Below are positions 1 to 11,899 of a stretch of 64,000 nucleotides of DNA, one piece after another; the first letter of the stretch is position 1; each line of letters starts with the position of its first letter. Source of the DNA: Raillietiella orientalis (lineage: Eukaryota); the NCBI GenBank assembly GCA_036172245.1, contig JAYWIR010000035.1:496001-560000 (forward strand). The letters run 5' to 3'. The notes beneath the pieces were generated by a model that was not told where the DNA came from, ran no database searches, and saw only the letters and a list, made by a program, of their open reading frames with translations. Position numbers and translations under genes: made by a program.

Positions 1-29
1 CCCTCCCCAGGAGTGAGAAAAAACGAACT

Positions 30-375
30 CCGGAGCCCTTCCTGGATCCATAGTGTGTTCCCCTTCCGGGGCTACCCCCTGTCTCGAAGAGTGAGCGCGC
101 ACCCTCGGGTGGCATGGAGCAGCGTCAAAGAGCCGCGTGAACAGCCAGCTGCACGATGGTTCTTGAGCGTTCTTCAGCGAGCCGAAAAAGAAGAAGAAAA
201 AAGCTGGAAGGAAAACAGAGAAGGCAGAAAAGATCCCTGAGGGATTTTTTATCAAATTGTCCGGCTGGTGAAAGACTTTCCACCAACCAGACAGCAGAAA
301 CCTCAAACGCCTTCCCCAAGCAGCAGCAGCGCATGAGGTAGTTCGCTGCTGCGCCTCCAGGTGGAATTTCTTCCA
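30..375 (+). pseudogene. MATH-like domain remnant (3' end of a unit entering from the left edge)
   Basis: One frame reads WIHSVFPFRGYPLSRRV ... PAARWFLSVLQR ... DP*GIFYQIV (TGA at the W of the MATH WG motif) ... *GSSLLRLQVEFL. This follows MATH strand order and has two in-frame stops. Confidence 0.55.
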
Positions 376-859
376 TCTCGGGTGCGTGCGAGTGGTGCTA
401 GGAGGAAGCTCCCCACAGTGGTGTCGGAGGGCGTTGCCAGCGCCCCAGCAGGGCAAGAAGACCGTCAGCTCCAGCTCCCCTACTTCTGCCGATTCGTAGG
501 ATCCGATTATTCCCGAGATGTCAGGACAAATCGAGTCACTGCCATTTCATTACAATGGAACCACCAACATTTATGATTATTATTGCATGCATCGCCCCTC
601 CTCCCCTAAAAAAAAAAAGGTAATAATAATAATGATGGGACCGTGACGAAATACAGGCACATTGCAGTTACACGCCTTTCTTTCTTTCCCCATCCACAAA
701 TCTCAGGAATACCTAATGATTGCTTATTAATTGGAAATTGGAAGGGAAAAATGTAAACAAGAGTGTAGTTCCACGATGGCAATAGGCGAAGCGCCATCAT
801 GAATAATTAATGTAAAGTGATTTCAAATGGGAGCTCCGAAGGGGATTGCTTGCTCCAAG

Positions 860-1590
860 GGGTCACGTGACTTGAATGCATACTGATGCCTGTGTGACAC
901 GCAGTTCGCATCTTGGGGATCAGCCGTCATTTTTTTCACCCCTTAATTCGATGCATAGCAATGCCGCGTGATAGATGGTCCCCCTCCTTGATTCCCGGTG
1001 CTCTGATTGCGGGCCGGGACAAGCAGCTGGGGTCAGCGCGAACCTCGGGCGGCGGGATCTTGAGGTGCGTCGCGACGCGCCTTTTTCTTCCTGTTCGGCG
1101 AGTGCGGTTGTGCCATCTGCAAAAACCGGGAACCCCCGCACCGCCTGCCTTTTCTCAGCTGCGATTTGAAAAGGAGCGTTCGTGCGACCCGTTCGGAAGG
1201 GAAAGACGAAACTTTGGGGGAAGGAAGCTGGAAGTTTTATGGCTTCGTCCGCATGGGTTAGGAAGGAAATTCATCCCGCCGCCAGCCACGGCGGAAACTC
1301 CGTGGAAGATGCGCTCCCTCGAGTTCTCCACCCTGCGGTTCTCTCCCTGCCCAACCAACCATCCTCGAACGATCTTTCGATAAGTACCTTCTTAGCGAGC
1401 TTTACCGAGGAGTTCTTGCGTTCGTGGCGCAAGGAAAGTCCCTCTAAGTTCGCCTGCTCCTCCGAGTTCGTCCTCCTGCTTTGGTTCCTCTTTCTTCTCT
1501 GCCCTGATCCAAACCCACTGCCCTTGCGACTCGCTAGGTGCATTTTCCCGCTTTATCCACGTTCTCGTGCAATGCGTCCTAAAACCTGCT
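860..1590 (+). pseudogene. BTB-BACK remnant, LRB/POB1-like
   Basis: ORF 913 has ILGISRHFFHPLI (BTB iLa..S.fF). ORF 1182 has AVLSLPNQPSSNDLSIS (BACK Lp..lssddL) and LRLARCIFPLY (cf. LRB-type RLARFIRFPYM). The parts are frameshifted. Confidence 0.6.
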
Positions 1591-1799
1591 GGTGAGCGGC
1601 ATCGCTCTTTTTTTTTTTTTTTGTTTTCGCCAAGAGTAGTAAACGTAAAACAACAACGGAGGATAATTAATCAAAGCGGCGAGAAACACATCTGGCAAGA
1701 ATTTTAATTCCGAATAATTCGAGAGCCTTTGACTCTTGAAAAGGATGCGGCAGCCGTTTCGGGATGAGGGAATGCAAATGTGTGTTTTCAATATCCCAG

Positions 1800-2800
1800 T
1801 CGGCACATTTCGCACGGCGAGAGGGAGAGAAACTTTCGTACTGAACCGGAATTGGATGCTGCCGCTTATCGGATGGAGCAGGAATTTCCGTGCCTGCCGA
1901 GGGGGAGGAACCTCTAATTTACTAATTGGGCATGGCATATCATTCACATTCGCTTCGTCTTTTTTCTCTCGGTGGATTCGCCGAGCCTTACTAATTGGTC
2001 TCGGCTCCTGGAAACGGAACCTTCGACGCGGAAACAGCCGAATCCGAGAACAGCTTCCGATTCCACTCCGCAACAATGGACCGCGATTTATTTTTATTCG
2101 CGCCCTGTCCTGGTTGGTCGACTTCCGTCTCGATGGCAACGGCGGCGGAGTGCGGACGAAGATCGTTAACCGGAGGAAGCTGTGCTCGATCTGAAAGTGG
2201 AAATGCTTCCAGAACGTTCGATAACTTTTCGGGAGTAGGGGAAGGTTAGGCATATGCGCTTCTTGTACCTCGCTTTTCCACCTCACCGCTGAGAAGACCG
2301 AAAAAAGGGAAAAGTGAATTTTCGGAAGAACTGTGTTCGGTCGCTTTCGGATTTTCCCCCCATCTGTCTCGCATCTTCTTCTTCTCGAGTGATGAGTCCT
2401 CTGTTTTAAGATGACATCGGGCAGGAATGGGATGCGATGGAAACTCCGGAGGAGCCCCTTTATGAAACCAGGTCCAGCCTCGCGAGGATGATTTCTCGCC
2501 TGCCACGTGTCTCGCAAAACCCGCCGAAGAGCCTCGTCGGAGCATCCCTGCCTGCTGAAGCTGCTGAAGCAGGGGGACAGGTAGAGAGTTGAGGCACTCT
2601 TTGTGATTGCGGCAATGCATATGTGAAGTGTGCCCGACTCGGCGGTTCCAGCCGCAAACAGTTGCGCACGCCTACGGTGTAAATTTTAATGAGATCGCAT
2701 CCTCGAAATATCATCTGTGCTACTTGCACTTGCACGCTTGTTTACGAGCTGCATCCTGAAATCCATTCTTAAAGCCAAATTAAAAGCGATTTTTCCCAAA
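1800..2800 (-). pseudogene. Partial BTB-BACK-MATH remnant
   Basis: ECLNSLPVPLLQQLQQAGMLRRGSS...W (BACK, ORF 2246-2620), GLLRSFHRIPFL, then YRTFWKHFHFQ...LTIFV...GSIQFRFSTKV (C-terminal MATH-like, ORF 1579-2517). The 5' end stops at the poly-T/A tract near 2807-2830. Confidence 0.55.
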
Positions 2801-2839
2801 AGTGCGTTTTTTTTTTTTTTAGAAAAAAATAAATAAATG

Positions 2840-4020
2840 ACGATATTATACGTGAATAGACGGACAGAAAGGCTCTCGTTGTTTTCTCTTGTTCCACAAA
2901 GGAAGCTGCCATCTTTTATTGGCGATTCTGCCATCACAGAACACCATCGGGGTTTCGCTGCTTGTTCAACACTCGTTTCATTCCTGTTTCCTGTGAGCGG
3001 AAACAACCTATCCTGGAATAGAGACTTTCTGTGCTCGGTAAGCGACAGCTAGACTTTCAACTGCTTCTGGACCATTTTCCTAGTTTCGGAGCGCTTGGTT
3101 TCACAAGCGAGCCCTCCTTCAGCGGTTACCACTGTTTCGCGGAGGAAAAGTCCATCTTCAGCTCCGTTTCGTCAGATGTTGCTAGTCGAATCTTATTTGG
3201 AATCAAATTTATTGAGGAACTTTCGATTATTTTTAGAAGCAAGGCCGGGCAACCACTATCTCGAGTTCTCTGCTTCCAAGGGCCCTTGCGTGTGCATGCT
3301 TGTTGCAGATGCACTCGCAGGCTCTGCTGCTCTTAATGAAACGGGAATGATAACAGTCATAAAGGTGTAGGGTGCTGATATCTGCACAATAACTGCGCTG
3401 TTGGTCGAATATCGGCTTTCCTTGTTTTCTTTGACCCCGGTGGCATCGGACCAGGTGGAGTGTGCCGGGAATTCCGGAAAATTTCCCTGTGCGATGAGCG
3501 CTGTCATCCCATGTATGGTATGGGGTCGTATAATCAAAGTGGGGATGGTAGATCTAACAGTCCTTTCGAATCCCTTTCCCTCTTATCCGAAGAAACAACA
3601 ACATCAACAACAAAAACTAACTGCAGCTTATGGTACTCTTCTGTACTGTATACTCCGAGATCGTTTCAATCTTTCCACTAGAAACCATCCTCCCTTTTTG
3701 CTTTGGTGCAATCATTTTCCCATCAGAGGACCTATTTGGGGAAGAGGAAGCGTAACTTCGCCCCCTTTGCATGCTGACCTCATTTGGGAAGCAATCTTTT
3801 TGTAAATTGGGCATGCTTGCCCAGAATGCGATTTTGGATGTGCAAGAACGGTTCCTTTTTCCGATGCCGTCTGCCACGTGGTTTATTCCTAGTCCCGTGT
3901 TTGTCGCCTTTGAGCATTGAGGGTTTTTCGAAGAACGGAAACAACGGGGAACCTACAGCTTCACAGCCTTCTCCTTGGTATCTCCTTCTTCAGCTTTATA
4001 GAGGTCACTGGTAGTCCACG
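2840..4020 (+). pseudogene. BTB-BACK-MATH remnant
   Basis: ACSTLVSFLFPVSGNNLSWNRDFLCSVSD (BTB core), IFSSVSSDVASRILF and VEYRLSLFS (BACK), HPPFLLWCNHFPIR (MATH start). Spread over several frames. Confidence 0.45.
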
Positions 4021-4139
4021 CTGTGCACGGTGCATGGCAGGAGTTCTAACGTTGCGATCGACGGGAGACGCGATCGCCTGCTAGCAGAAACAGGAAGCTG
4101 CGCCCCAGCATCTCAATTAGAGCGAAGGCGTTTTTAGTA

Positions 4140-5220
4140 CCCGCGAGAGATTGTCAGAACTTGGTTTTCTGTACGAAACGAAACGGTTGATTTTCTGTCC
4201 TTGCAGCTCTCTGAGCTGATGGCTGAGAGTGGAAGCTGTAAATCATCCGCTTTTCGCGGCAGTGCATCGGCTCGCGCCAGAAAGTCTACGAGATGTGGAA
4301 CCAGCATGCTTTTCGTTTTCCCTCGGCGACCGCAATCCCCACGGAATTGATCGTTTACTCTCTCGCCAGCCCTAGCACAGCAAGCGCTGCTCGAAAGACG
4401 CCGTGAGCCCCTCCTCATCTCAGACTGTGCCTCGGAACAGAAGATTCCATGGTCTTCCGACGCTAGTGGTTCCAGAAGAATGGTTTCCTCCAAGTAAAGT
4501 TTTGCTTCGTGAAGACAATCATTCCAGTCAGTTAACGGGATTTCCCAACGGGCATCCATCAGCGCTCCCCGCGTCCTAAGAGTTTGGATTTCAGCGCTGG
4601 TCCAACGGGCAGCGGATGAGAATCGGAAGAAACGCGAAACTCGTGTCGTTCGGAGGGTTGACTGAGGGGGCCCGAGTGCACCATCACGGTCTCCTCCAGT
4701 GGGCCTCGGGGCTGTCACCGTGACCAGCACCCGATGGTCACTTTTCGAAGGGTGAAAATTCGGCCGAAAAGTTTGCCGGTTTCTCGGAGGAAATCGCGGA
4801 GGACCAGACGAAGTTTTCGCACGTGTTCCTCTCCCTGATAAGTTCCACATAATTTTAGTCCGACTGTAGCCTGAGTTTACGGCGTTTTCACAGCACCATC
4901 AGGACCATAAATTCTAGCGAGGAATATTTCAAAGCAAGAAGGCCATTCTGGCTTCCTTCCAGACAGGACCATATTTAATTAAAGATCATCATCATTCAAA
5001 GCAAACAGCCTTTAAGAGGAGGCACCTGTGCTCCTGATTGGAATGTTCCTTGAGCATTAAAGACCGATATGGTGAGCCTTCAGTGTACGCACCATGAGAA
5101 GCCAAACGTTTCCCCTGTTCACTCTTCATGACAGGTTGGAGATAAAGGCGGAATGGGAATGGGGCATTCCACTTATTATTTAACGAATCATCATCTAATG
5201 ACATGCCAATTACCCGCTAC
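4140..5220 (-). pseudogene. BTB-BACK-MATH remnant, LRB/POB1-like C-terminus
   Basis: LASHGAYTEG...CLLLKAVCFE (BTB, ORF 4992-5204) and EFMVLMVL*KRRKLRLQSD (BACK). ORF 4134-4850 has ARWEIPL...KLYLEETILL...VNDQFRG...DDLQLPLSAISS...TVSFRTE. Confidence 0.55.
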
Positions 5221-5299
5221 AAGACCGCGAGTCCCTTGCAAAGCCCATAAATTCCAGCGTACAGCCGGCGGAAACGCGTCGAACGGGAGGGAAGGGATT

Positions 5300-5950
5300 C
5301 AAAGCGGGATTGAATTTTCAAAGAAATTCGGGAGAGGGATTCGCAGCTTCTCGTTTTGCATCGCGGTTGTCTCAGATCGTCTGCTTGTCACGCAGCGGTG
5401 CGCTCCCTATTTTCGACGTGCGAGCGCAGAGACAGTGGCAAAGTATTACATTTAATTACGCTGCTGTCAATTCTCCGCGAATGAACCGTTCTGAAAGACA
5501 CTGAAATTCAAATATTTCTTCAAGATGGAAGGAGACGAACAGCAGGAACAAATCACGATGAAACTCCTCCGCCGGGATGACTTCCCACTGGAGCTGCGAC
5601 AAAACTCGAAAGGAAGGGGAAAACCGGCTGCAGCAATTCGGAGACGAGAAGATGAAAAATGTTCCTTTCAGGGTCTGTTTTTCCATCCGGCAACCAATTA
5701 GCGAACGTCTTAGGAGCTCACGGGTGTTTAATTTTCAGCGGGAGAGGGTCCCTGGCCACACCAGGACGCACCTTCCGCCGAAAGTGCGGTGGCTTTGAGC
5801 GGCGGAGGACGAAATCGTAAACACTGCTTCACAGAATTGAATCTGCACGTACAAAATCGTGTACATGTTGAGTTTTAGTGGAAACTGTAATCGAAATTGC
5901 ATTCTATTCCACGTGGATACATTTAATTGATTCATTACTGTTCCGTCGCA
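5300..5950 (+). pseudogene. BTB-BACK remnant
   Basis: DRLLVTQRCAPYFRRA, then in the same frame NEPF*KTLKFKYFFK and KLLRRDD (BTB). ISERLRSSRVFNF and WL*AAEDEIVNTA (BACK). Confidence 0.65.
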
Positions 5951-6143
5951 TGCATTTTTTTTTATTACTCCTGGCATTTGATAGAATATGCGTAGGTATT
6001 TTACCGGAAGATAAATCCAGATTTGTTCTGATTCATTATTAATACCGTGAATGCATGCAGTATGTAAGCTAATCTGGTGAAAACATGTCTTGTAATAATT
6101 AAGAATAGCCTTAAGGGGACGCAATAATTATAGGCATAGTTTT

Positions 6144-6210
6144 CACATGCACGCACGCACGCACTCACGCACGCACGCACGCGCGCGCGCGCGCACACAC
6201 ACATATATAT
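6144..6210. repeat. Compound alternating purine-pyrimidine microsatellite (GCAC)n(GC)n(CA)n(TA)n
   Basis: Read directly from the sequence. Confidence 0.95.
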
Positions 6211-6479
6211 AAAATAGATAATAAGTAATGATTACAGGAGTGACGTAAAATAAGAAATGAAAGATCGCAACAAAGCCGGCGCCGCCGCCACCAAGGTCTC
6301 TGGGAGGCTCTGGTGGAATCCGCGACCAAACCTTCCTGCGCGCATCGTCGCGGCCTGCCTGCGGAACCTGCCGTCCTTCCGCGCAGGGCGGAGCGCCGGA
6401 AGGCGGGAACGGCTCCGTTCCTATGTTGGGTGTGGTGGTAGGTTCGACGCTCGGAGAGCCATCCATTTTTCAACTCGCC

Positions 6480-7070
6480 AAGACCAACTCATGTTGACGC
6501 CAAGCGGTCACCAGACAAGTTCTTCCAAGCGATGGCCTCCTTTGATCTGCTTCCCCTGAGTGGCCCTGCAGCCTTTTTTGCACGCTCCTCCGAGGTCTTT
6601 GACTCTTTCTTCCTTCCTCTCGGGTACTCAAGGTGGTGGCGGTCAGCTGTTCCCTCTCGGCAGTGGCAGAGGCTCGTCCGTGGCGCCGCGTTCGTTCGAC
6701 AGAGCAGCAGAGCTGCCACACGCCGCAGGAGACCAGAAGCGGCGATAGGGGAAGAATCCTGCGGAATCCGTAGAGGGCACCACGGCCGCCGAGAAGGCAG
6801 GAGAGAGCCCGACTGCCACTGGGGGCTGGGATGCGAATTCCAGGCGTTTCCCGAGCCCTGCGTCACCTGGCGATGGCAGAGGGGAACGCGGGATGCGAGG
6901 ATGCACGATGCAGGCCGTGTCCTCCTTTTGGAATTTTTCCCGAGTCCAGGGGCTCTCGGCTTTCATCCCTTCGGGCCGCAAGCCTTCGGGAATGATGACT
7001 TCGCGGACGTTTCCACGCCGCGCTAGCGGGTGCAGCCCGCCACTCCGCTGCAGTCCCGGAAGCGGACGAA
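6480..7070 (+). pseudogene. BTB-BACK remnant
   Basis: AAFFARSSEVFDSFF...RGAAFVRQ (BTB, ORF 6532) and QAVSSFWNFSRVQGLSAFI (BACK nF.eV...F, ORF 6893). Confidence 0.65.
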
Positions 7071-7189
7071 CGAACTTTTATTTATTTCTTTATTTATTTA
7101 TTTTCTTCCTGTCCGCCTCTTTTGGCAAGGGAGGGGGAAGGGCACTTCTCAACGCGTTCGTGCACGCCTACGCCCGCAGACTCCTCCTC

Positions 7190-8370
7190 CTCTGAGGCGC
7201 GCTTCCTTTTGCGCGCACGCGCGGAGGGGCTTCGCCGAACACGCGCGCGTCCCTCGCTGCGCATGCGTCGCCGTTCGTCCTTCTCGGGGACAGCGTGCCA
7301 GGCACCTCTGTCTCTGATGCTCTGGCCGTGCCGGGGCCGACCGGGATCTTCACCGGGGCGAAGCCGGAGGCGACTTTGGGCCTGGAGGGAGAGCCAACCC
7401 TCTAGCGCCCACTCGGGGGTGACCCATCATGCCGCAACGCCGCCGCGGAGTGCTTTCTGTCCCACCTCCCTCTTCCGTTCTCTCCCTTCCCTGATCGCAC
7501 GCGACTCTTGAAGGGAAAGGGGAGCTCTCATGATTTCGTAGTTCCGCCGGTAAGAGGTTGCCGGGGCATCTCGAAGATGAGGACGATCCGCCTCTACACC
7601 CCTCCCGCGGCAGCGGGCCGCGTGGGTTGCTGCCGCAGCTGCGCGTGTCCTCTGAGATGAGGCCCCTTCCCGCTGACCGACGCCTTCGGATATCTCCTCG
7701 GAGGCGCAAGCGAGAGTGACCTCGATCTGGAGCCAACTGTTGCGCTCGTGCCATAATCGAGCCACCGGCTTTGGGAAGAAGGAAGGAAGGAAGGGGAGAA
7801 AAAGGGGAGGTGAAATTCCCCGAATGCTCCAGAGCGGAGTCTGTTCGAAAGTAAACAAGAAAATCCCGCGAAGCGAGAGTCGCTGCACCCGATTTAGCTC
7901 GCGACCCCCTCGACAGGACATCGGGTGCTGCTTCCCGGACGTTCCTCCCTCCTCCGCATGGCTCCGCTTGGTCCTCCCGCCTCAGCATCCGCGCTCTCGA
8001 CTGGCTCTTTCCTTCCTTCCTGAATTCCTTGTTGTCGCTGTTGCTGCTGCCTGGCCACGTCGTCGTCACCTCCCCAAGACCGAACCCCCAATTCCGACTC
8101 CCCGCGTTTGGGTTCAAGGTGGGGGTGGTGTATACCATGCTGACCACCCCAGACGTGGGTGCCTCCCTCCGTTTGGTCCCCCCCGTTTGGTCGACGTCCC
8201 ATTTCGTCGGTTCAGCAATGGGTACTTGGAAAGAGCGTCCGACCCCTGAGGGAGCGAAGCTCATCTTCGGATCTGGAAGGCACAAGGGCCTCTGCCCGTC
8301 TTCGAAGGTGGTCGACTACCCCAACCATCTGGACGCGAAGGTCTGTCTCCACTCCAGGGTGGTCCTCCCT
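7190..8370 (+). pseudogene. BTB-BACK-MATH remnant
   Basis: ASFCAHARRGFAEHARV (BTB F.aH), QDIGCCFPDVPP (BACK end), FRLPAFGFKVGV...VGASLRL...HLDAKVCLHSRVVL (MATH, ORF 8029). Confidence 0.45.
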
Positions 8371-8619
8371 CTCTCTTCAGGGTCCTCAAGTTTTCCTGTT
8401 ATTTCTGGCACAGGGGTTCCCATCTGCATCCTCCTCACACCCCACCCCACCTATCCCACTTCCAGTGGGCATGCGATGCGGAGCTCGTCCCCTCCTGATG
8501 GACGCACCGTCGCAGCCCGCAGGCGCGCGCCAGGCTTTGTTTCGGGACACGACTGAACGCGAAACTCCGTTGTCTTCAGCTCCTCCGGTGCCCCAGGCAG
8601 CGTTCCTTCCGCCACGATG

Positions 8620-9800
8620 GCCGAGCCGTCACTATGGAGATCTCGTGCAGCGGCAGGGAACGGCAGCAGCTCCAAGTCTGCCTCCTCCTTGAACGCTCCT
8701 CGGATCCGCATCTTTCAGGGCGCGCCGGCGCGTGTTGCTTTCGGGAAGAAAGGGGGAGCTTGAGAGCGGCAGATCTTTCGGCGGCAGGTTGCGAGCGCCG
8801 CGGGGGGCAGACAGTGGCGCGCTGGAGCTTTTTTTTTGCCTGCGGCCGGTTCTGCGGGTGCGTGCGTGGGTCGGCTGGACCAGTAGCTGGGCGGTCAGCC
8901 GCGCGCCTTACCGGCATCGTGACCCCGAGCATTGCAGTCAGCCTCGGCGCCGATCGGGACTGGCGCCACGTGCTGCCCCGTCTTGTCTTGAAGCCGCGCT
9001 GCCCGCCTCTCTTCCGAGAGGGTGTTCCGGGCTCCCGCCTTCCAGGAAGCGCGACGGGCGGCCGGGAACTTTCCTGGATGCCACCGCCGAGCCCGTGGGG
9101 TCGACATCTCCCAAAGGGGGCTGACGTTCGCTGACTCGGTGCAGACGCCACTTTGGACACGGCGTGCGACGATGGGCCGATGTGACGAGGGGAGAGAAGG
9201 AGGGAAAGGAACTCCTTATTGTAGGGCACCCGACTTCTGGGGGAAGTCGTTCCTCGAATTTTTGGGAAGGGAGGGATCCGCCGACTTCCTGTTTTCGCTG
9301 CTTTGGTGGTGCGCCCGCGGGTTTTCGAGGAACGAACGTCGCGGTCCATGTTCCCAGAAGCTGAGCGGAAGGGGGGCACACGCCTCCTCATTGGCGCGAG
9401 GAGGACTGGCCGCCCCGCGCGCCTCGCCGGAAGGGGAGCAGCTCGCCCTGTCGGGAGGCTTCTGGGAGAGTTCACTAGGCGAAGGGGAGGGAGCGACCGC
9501 CGTGTTCCTGCGGTTCGTCCGGGAAGGACGCTGGGGATCTCACGACCGTTCTCCCGCCACGTCCTCTGGAACGGCCGGGTGGGGCCGGGTGGGGCGGGAA
9601 GGAAAAGACGGGATTTCCTGGAGCGCGAAGGAGCGTGAGGGTCGTAGTGGAGACGCGCCGAGAGCGTCCCCGCGCCCCTTCGGATCTCGTCTTTGGCTCG
9701 GGTTCCGGTCCGCAGAGGAAACCCCACCAGGCCCGATCCCCGCTTCCGTCTTCTTCGTCCCTAGCGAGTCCACGGCGTTGGGAAGACCGGCCGGGAAAAA
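8620..9800 (+). pseudogene. BTB-BACK-MATH remnant
   Basis: ORF 8634-9134 carries a near-complete BTB in one frame (EISCSG...LQVCLLLERSS...FREE...ADLSAAG...FFFACGRF...RLTGIVTPSIAV). Then VRRWAD and TPYCRAPDF (BACK), LALSGGFWESS and ATAVFLRFV (MATH). Confidence 0.6.
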
Positions 9801-9921
9801 GGAAAGGGGATTGGGTAGGTGAAAGATCGACCTTGTGGACACTTCACGAGGTGGCCCCTGGATTCGGGGAAGATGAGTGGGTGGGGCTTGCCGTGGGCCC
9901 GCCGGGGCGATACCTCAGCGC

Positions 9922-10563
9922 TCAGCTCAGGGGTATCTCCTTGTTCCTCCGGATGAACTGGAACACGGCTTGCAGGAGCACGTTAAGCAGTCCAGTCAGG
10001 AATATCCACACCGCCTTGGTCAGGAACGCCTTGATGACGAAGGTGACGTGGGAGAAGACAGGAGACGGCAGGAAAGCAGAGAGCACCTCTGCCCAGGCCC
10101 TCACGGGCGGCAGCTGCCTCAGGATCGGGAAGAGGTGCACCAGGACAGAGGTCGCCGTCGCGTGCGTGGCGGATGGGGGTCTGCCACCCGCTCCTGCCTC
10201 GAGGTCGCTCGCGGCGAGGAGGGCCGCGAAGGGGCGCTCTTCTTGGGGCAGAGAAGGCGCCTCGAAGGAAACCTGCGCCAGGATCCTGGGCAGCGTTCCG
10301 CTCTGCGGGCGATCTAAGCCCCCTGGGGGAGGTAGCCGAGGAGCGGCGACCGGGAAGCCCGCCGCCGTCAGCCGCTGGAGGCTCTCGCGCTCCGCATCCG
10401 CGCCGGCCCGGGCTGCTCGACGCTCGTTCCCTTTCGGGACCGGGAGGCTCCCTGGCGCCGGTCCCTGGAATGCTGGCAGGGCGCTGCAGGGGTGCGAGGA
10501 GTCCAAGCCGGAGAAGCAGAACACGCAGCAGCCGAGGTGGGCGCGGAAGAGGATGAAGGAGAT
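9922..10563 (-). CDS. Candidate live terminal exon (or very young pseudogene) of a diverged MATH-BTB (SPOP/BPM-type) derivative with a hydrophobic C-terminus
   Basis: 213 sense codons plus TGA follow a ttgcag acceptor-like site. The first 29 codons all end in G/C, as do 39 of the last 45. Motifs: ISFILF...VFCFSGLD, FAALLAASDLE (MATH-like) and LPPVRAWAEVLSAFLPSPVFSHVTFVIK...KEIPLS (MATH-BTB linker plus BTB start). No ATG in frame and the upstream exon is not identified. Confidence 0.5.
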   Translation of the reverse strand: MSFILFRAHLGCCVFCFSGLDSSHPCSALPAFQGPAPGSLPVPKGNERRAARAGADAERESLQRLTAAGFPVAAPRLPPPGGLDRPQSGTLPRILAQVSFEAPSLPQEERPFAALLAASDLEAGAGGRPPSATHATATSVLVHLFPILRQLPPVRAWAEVLSAFLPSPVFSHVTFVIKAFLTKAVWIFLTGLLNVLLQAVFQFIRRNKEIPLS

Positions 10564-11059
10564 CTGCAACACACGGCGACTGTTGCGGGGTTCCTGCTAA
10601 TACGCGCGCGCTGTGCGCAGGCGCGCGTGCCGCGGTCCGGACGCCGCAGTCCTCGCGACGTCCCGGAACGTGGAAGGACAGCGCTTTCGGGTTTTCCCAC
10701 CTTCCGGGAGGTGCAGCCGCGGGGAACACGAGCCCCGGGCGAACTCTCTGTGCTTCACCTTCCCCTCACTCTCTTCGGCTTCCTCCTTCGCGGCCCCGGC
10801 TTGCGAGGTTTAGGGGAGACGGCGTCCGTCCCTCGCTTCGCCCAGCTCACCCGCGCAGGCGCACGCGAAAGCTGTGGGGAGCTCCGTACGCGCAGCGCAG
10901 ACGGTTCGGCCTCGTCCGGGGGGGGCGAAGACATGTCGGCTTTCTCACCCTCTCGGGAGGGCGTCCTCCTGCGCTGCTCGCCTTCAGCAGCTGGCCCCAG
11001 GTGCGCAGGCGGCGAAGGAAGGGGAAAGACCGTGTGGCCGGACCTCGCCACCGGCCGGC

Positions 11060-11750
11060 CATGAGGGCTGTCGGCGACGCAGCGCTTCCTGGTGCCTATG
11101 CGGGGAGGCGCGCGCACGGCCAACTTTCGGTCAGATGCCTTCATGGGCGAGCGGGCGGCATCCCCTCCGCTCGGCGACCTTCCACAGACTCAGGCGGACA
11201 CCAGAAGAGTGGGCGACCCGATCGGGGGGAAACCCGAAGGATTTCCGCCCACGTTCCCGTTCTGTTCCGCGCGCGGTACGATTCTCGGCGGGAAACTCGC
11301 ACGCAGAACGCGAGGATCGGATCCGGACCGGCGATCTTAGTTTGTTTCTTGCAGCCCAGCTGCTGAGGTCGCTTTCGGTTCCTGGTCTCCACTCAGCCCG
11401 TCCACTCGCGCTGTTGTTATCCCATGTTCCCCAACTTGGGACAAGGGAAGCCCGATCCCTATTTCAGCAACAGTCCTTTCGGAAGGCGCGAAGCTGAGAC
11501 ACTCGTTTCCTTGAACCGATCGCGATGATGACCTCCGATGGATTTGAAGGTTCATAGTACAAAAAAACAACAACACCGGCGTCGGTCGGGGTCAAATGCG
11601 CCTGGTCCGAAAAATCAATTAGGCAGTGAGTCCGCCCTCTCCCGGAGCGACTCGCACCGTCCATTTTGGATTAATTTATTCAAGGATTCCGCGGAGCATC
11701 TCTTGATGGATTTTCATCTATGGATTAATGTCCGCGAGATCCAATAAATC
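11060..11750 (+). pseudogene. BTB-BACK remnant
   Basis: ISAHVPVLFRARYD and DLSLFLAAQLLRSLSVPGLHSA (BTB C-half), WINLFKDSAEHLL (BACK end). Confidence 0.45.
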
Positions 11751-11899
11751 TTGGCGTGACTCCGCTTCGATTCCACCGGAACATCTCTTTTCGTTATGGC
11801 AACACGAGTTCCAGAATAAGTTGCCACTTCGGCAATCCTTTTGAGGCAATCAGTGATCTCTCTCCCCCCCCTTCCTCTTTCTCTCTCTCTGTGTGTGTT

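Noticed and set aside
7530..8290. Minus-strand BTB-BACK reading (GRSFQVP, VVSMVYTT, LACASEEI)
   Set aside because: The plus strand gives a more complete ordered BTB-BACK-MATH series over the same bases. The case shows that by-eye motif matching can give false hits, so weak calls have low confidence.
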